This document shows, in pieces, positions 62,344 through 64,000 of a stretch of 64,000 nt of DNA; position 1 is the stretch's first letter, and the number at the start of each line of letters is the position of its first letter. A model generated the notes under the pieces. It was not told the origin of the DNA. It was given only the letters and a program-made list of their open reading frames with translations, and did no database searches. The position numbers and the translations under genes were made by a program. The DNA comes from a bacterium (GTDB taxonomy: Bacteria > Electryoneota > JAOADG01). The DNA lies in the NCBI GenBank assembly GCA_963681965.1, contig OY820579.1, forward strand, positions 1,088,001 through 1,152,000, in the 5' to 3' direction.

Positions 62344-62997
62344 ATGGCGTTTAAACCGTCAAGTCGAGCGAGAGGAAGCGCACACGGCAAGGGCGATTAC
62401 GAGGATCCCGATCTCGTACCCATGATGAATATCATGTTGCTTTTGTTGCCGGTGATTCTATCCTTTATCTCGATCATCAAGTTTACCGAGATCTCGTACA
62501 ACCCGAGTCCAGAGATTATCGTTCAGGGTGATCCTAACGACCGATCAAAAGGTGGCGGTGAGGGAATCAAGGTTTCCAATAAACCACAGTTACAACTGTT
62601 GGTTAATATCACTGAGGGTGGTTTCCAAGTCTCAATACAGGGTGGATTACCCGGTGATAACGAGCATTATTGGAATGTCCCGGCAATTGTCAATTCCAAA
62701 GGTAAAATCGAATACGATTACGAGGGATTGAACAATCGATTGCACCTGATACGTCGCGATATTATCGGAAAGGTCGAAAAGCAGGAGATTACTCCCGACC
62801 CGGTCACTGGAAAATCGAAATACAAAGTCGAATTCCGGTTTGCCGATGCTCACCAGATCCGGCTATCTGCTCAATCGCAGATTCCTTGGAAGGTGATCAC
62901 GAGAATTCTGGACGTGATACGCGTGTATAAGTACGAGACTTTCAGCGACGGGGCTCCGATGCCTCTGTTCCAAGAGCCAATATTCGGTCAAATTTAG
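62344..62997 (+). CDS. ExbD/TolR family protein 1 (AglQ/S-like)
   Basis: MAFKPS N-terminus, DLVPMMNIM TM, IPWKVITRILD..R motif. Confidence 0.82.
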   Translation: MAFKPSSRARGSAHGKGDYEDPDLVPMMNIMLLLLPVILSFISIIKFTEISYNPSPEIIVQGDPNDRSKGGGEGIKVSNKPQLQLLVNITEGGFQVSIQGGLPGDNEHYWNVPAIVNSKGKIEYDYEGLNNRLHLIRRDIIGKVEKQEITPDPVTGKSKYKVEFRFADAHQIRLSAQSQIPWKVITRILDVIRVYKYETFSDGAPMPLFQEPIFGQI

Positions 62998-63016
62998 CGT
63001 TCCGAGGGAGAATAGC

Positions 63017-63517
63017 ATGGCGAATGCCCCGACGAAACGACCGTCGAAGACCAAGTCGAACGAGTTTAAAAGACCACCGTTAACTTCGCTGATCGATACC
63101 GTTACGATCATCATGTTTTATTTGATGACGCAAATGGGTACTTCGGCGATTACCAATCCGATGGTGCCTTCGGTTCCTTATTCGAATTCGAAGGAAGAGG
63201 CGCAAAAAGGCGTGACATTCGGTCTGGATAAAACGGGTTTGTATCAGGAAAAAGTCGATTTTAAAACCAATAATCCGTACAAAGAGAAGTTGGCGGATGT
63301 TGAGACATTACAATCGATGGATTTCGAACTACCCCGATTTCAGGCTGTGTTGGAAGAGGCAAAACTTACTGCCGAACGCCTTAAAACGCCGTTACCGAAC
63401 CTGACGGTTCAGGTCGATTCGATGATAACCTACCATTGGGTATTGAAACTGATGAATATCGCCAGTTCAATGCAGTATAAAAAGGTAGATTTCATCGTCG
63501 TCAATCCTAGCTTATAA
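63017..63517 (+). CDS. ExbD/TolR family protein 2 (AglS-like)
   Basis: LTSLIDTVTII TM, QVDSMITY..V.KLM. Confidence 0.85.
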   Translation: MANAPTKRPSKTKSNEFKRPPLTSLIDTVTIIMFYLMTQMGTSAITNPMVPSVPYSNSKEEAQKGVTFGLDKTGLYQEKVDFKTNNPYKEKLADVETLQSMDFELPRFQAVLEEAKLTAERLKTPLPNLTVQVDSMITYHWVLKLMNIASSMQYKKVDFIVVNPSL

Positions 63518-63540
63518 GGTTCGGGGGAAAGGAAATCTAC

Positions 63541-64000
63541 ATGGCGACAAACACGATGGTATTTCCGAAGGAATTCGAACGCCATTTCCTGAAGGATTTG
63601 GATAAAGAACTTCTCGGAATAATCGTAGTTCTCTATTCTATATGTTTGATCGGTTGTACGGTCATGTCGCAAATTGACCTGAACATCACCGAACAAGACA
63701 TTTCGATTCCCGGTTTGCCACCTGTTACCGTTCCGACCAATGTCGAAGTTACAAAACAGATGTCGACTCCGGAACCAAAAGCACCGGTTACTGTTAGCGA
63801 TGCTGGTGAAGCAACTGGTGGTAAAGGTGGTACTGGTGGAGCCGATCACGGTGCTGTATTGGGTAATGTCAAAGCTGGTGCTGCAAAAGGTTATGCTGCT
63901 GTAGGTGCAGTTGGTGTCTTCCGTCAAGCCGGTGGCGGCGGTGGCGGCGGCGGTGGTGGCTTTGGTGGCGGCGGCGGCGGTTTTGGCGGCGGCGCTGGCA
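63541..64000 (+). CDS. TonB-like/GltG (AgmX-PglI)-like protein, truncated by window end
   Basis: MATNTMVFPKEFER N-terminus, single TM, Pro- then Gly-rich linker; open to the end of the window; follows exbB-exbD-exbD. Confidence 0.6.
   Translation, partial: MATNTMVFPKEFERHFLKDLDKELLGIIVVLYSICLIGCTVMSQIDLNITEQDISIPGLPPVTVPTNVEVTKQMSTPEPKAPVTVSDAGEATGGKGGTGGADHGAVLGNVKAGAAKGYAAVGAVGVFRQAGGGGGGGGGGFGGGGGGFGGGAG

Overview
Bacterial chromosomal window of about 48-50% GC. The gene content (C-terminal T9SS-like sorting domains, fused ccoNO, signal-peptide-bearing AtpB) suggests an FCB-superphylum organism, but this is inference. It is mostly housekeeping: an RRM protein, dnaG, a split cbb3-oxidase cluster (ccoI-ccoS ... 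ccoNO-Q-P-G-H), an M16 peptidase pair, PpiD, a Wzi-like barrel, a CoA-transferase, the HIT-rpsU-yqeY-crcB-DUF190-cvpA-mutS2 cluster, an M4 protease, rlmB, M23-bactofilin and a full F1Fo ATP synthase operon. Two regions stand out. (1) The atp operon is interrupted twice (atpH|atpA and atpG|atpD) by accessory cassettes: three MNT/HEPN modules, a solo HicB, a headless HNH nuclease, a REP-associated tyrosine transposase (RAYT) bracketed by inverted GTAG-REP hairpins, and a low-GC orphan gene bracketed by the same inverted REP pair. This looks like a RAYT-served cargo-cassette system. (2) The last 11 kb encode an Agl-Glt-like envelope motor cluster: two large TPR proteins, a CglF-like protein, ExbB, two ExbD (one lacking the channel Asp) and a truncated TonB/GltG-like gene. 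No rRNA, tRNA or CRISPR array was seen. All family calls come from motif recognition by eye, not database searches.
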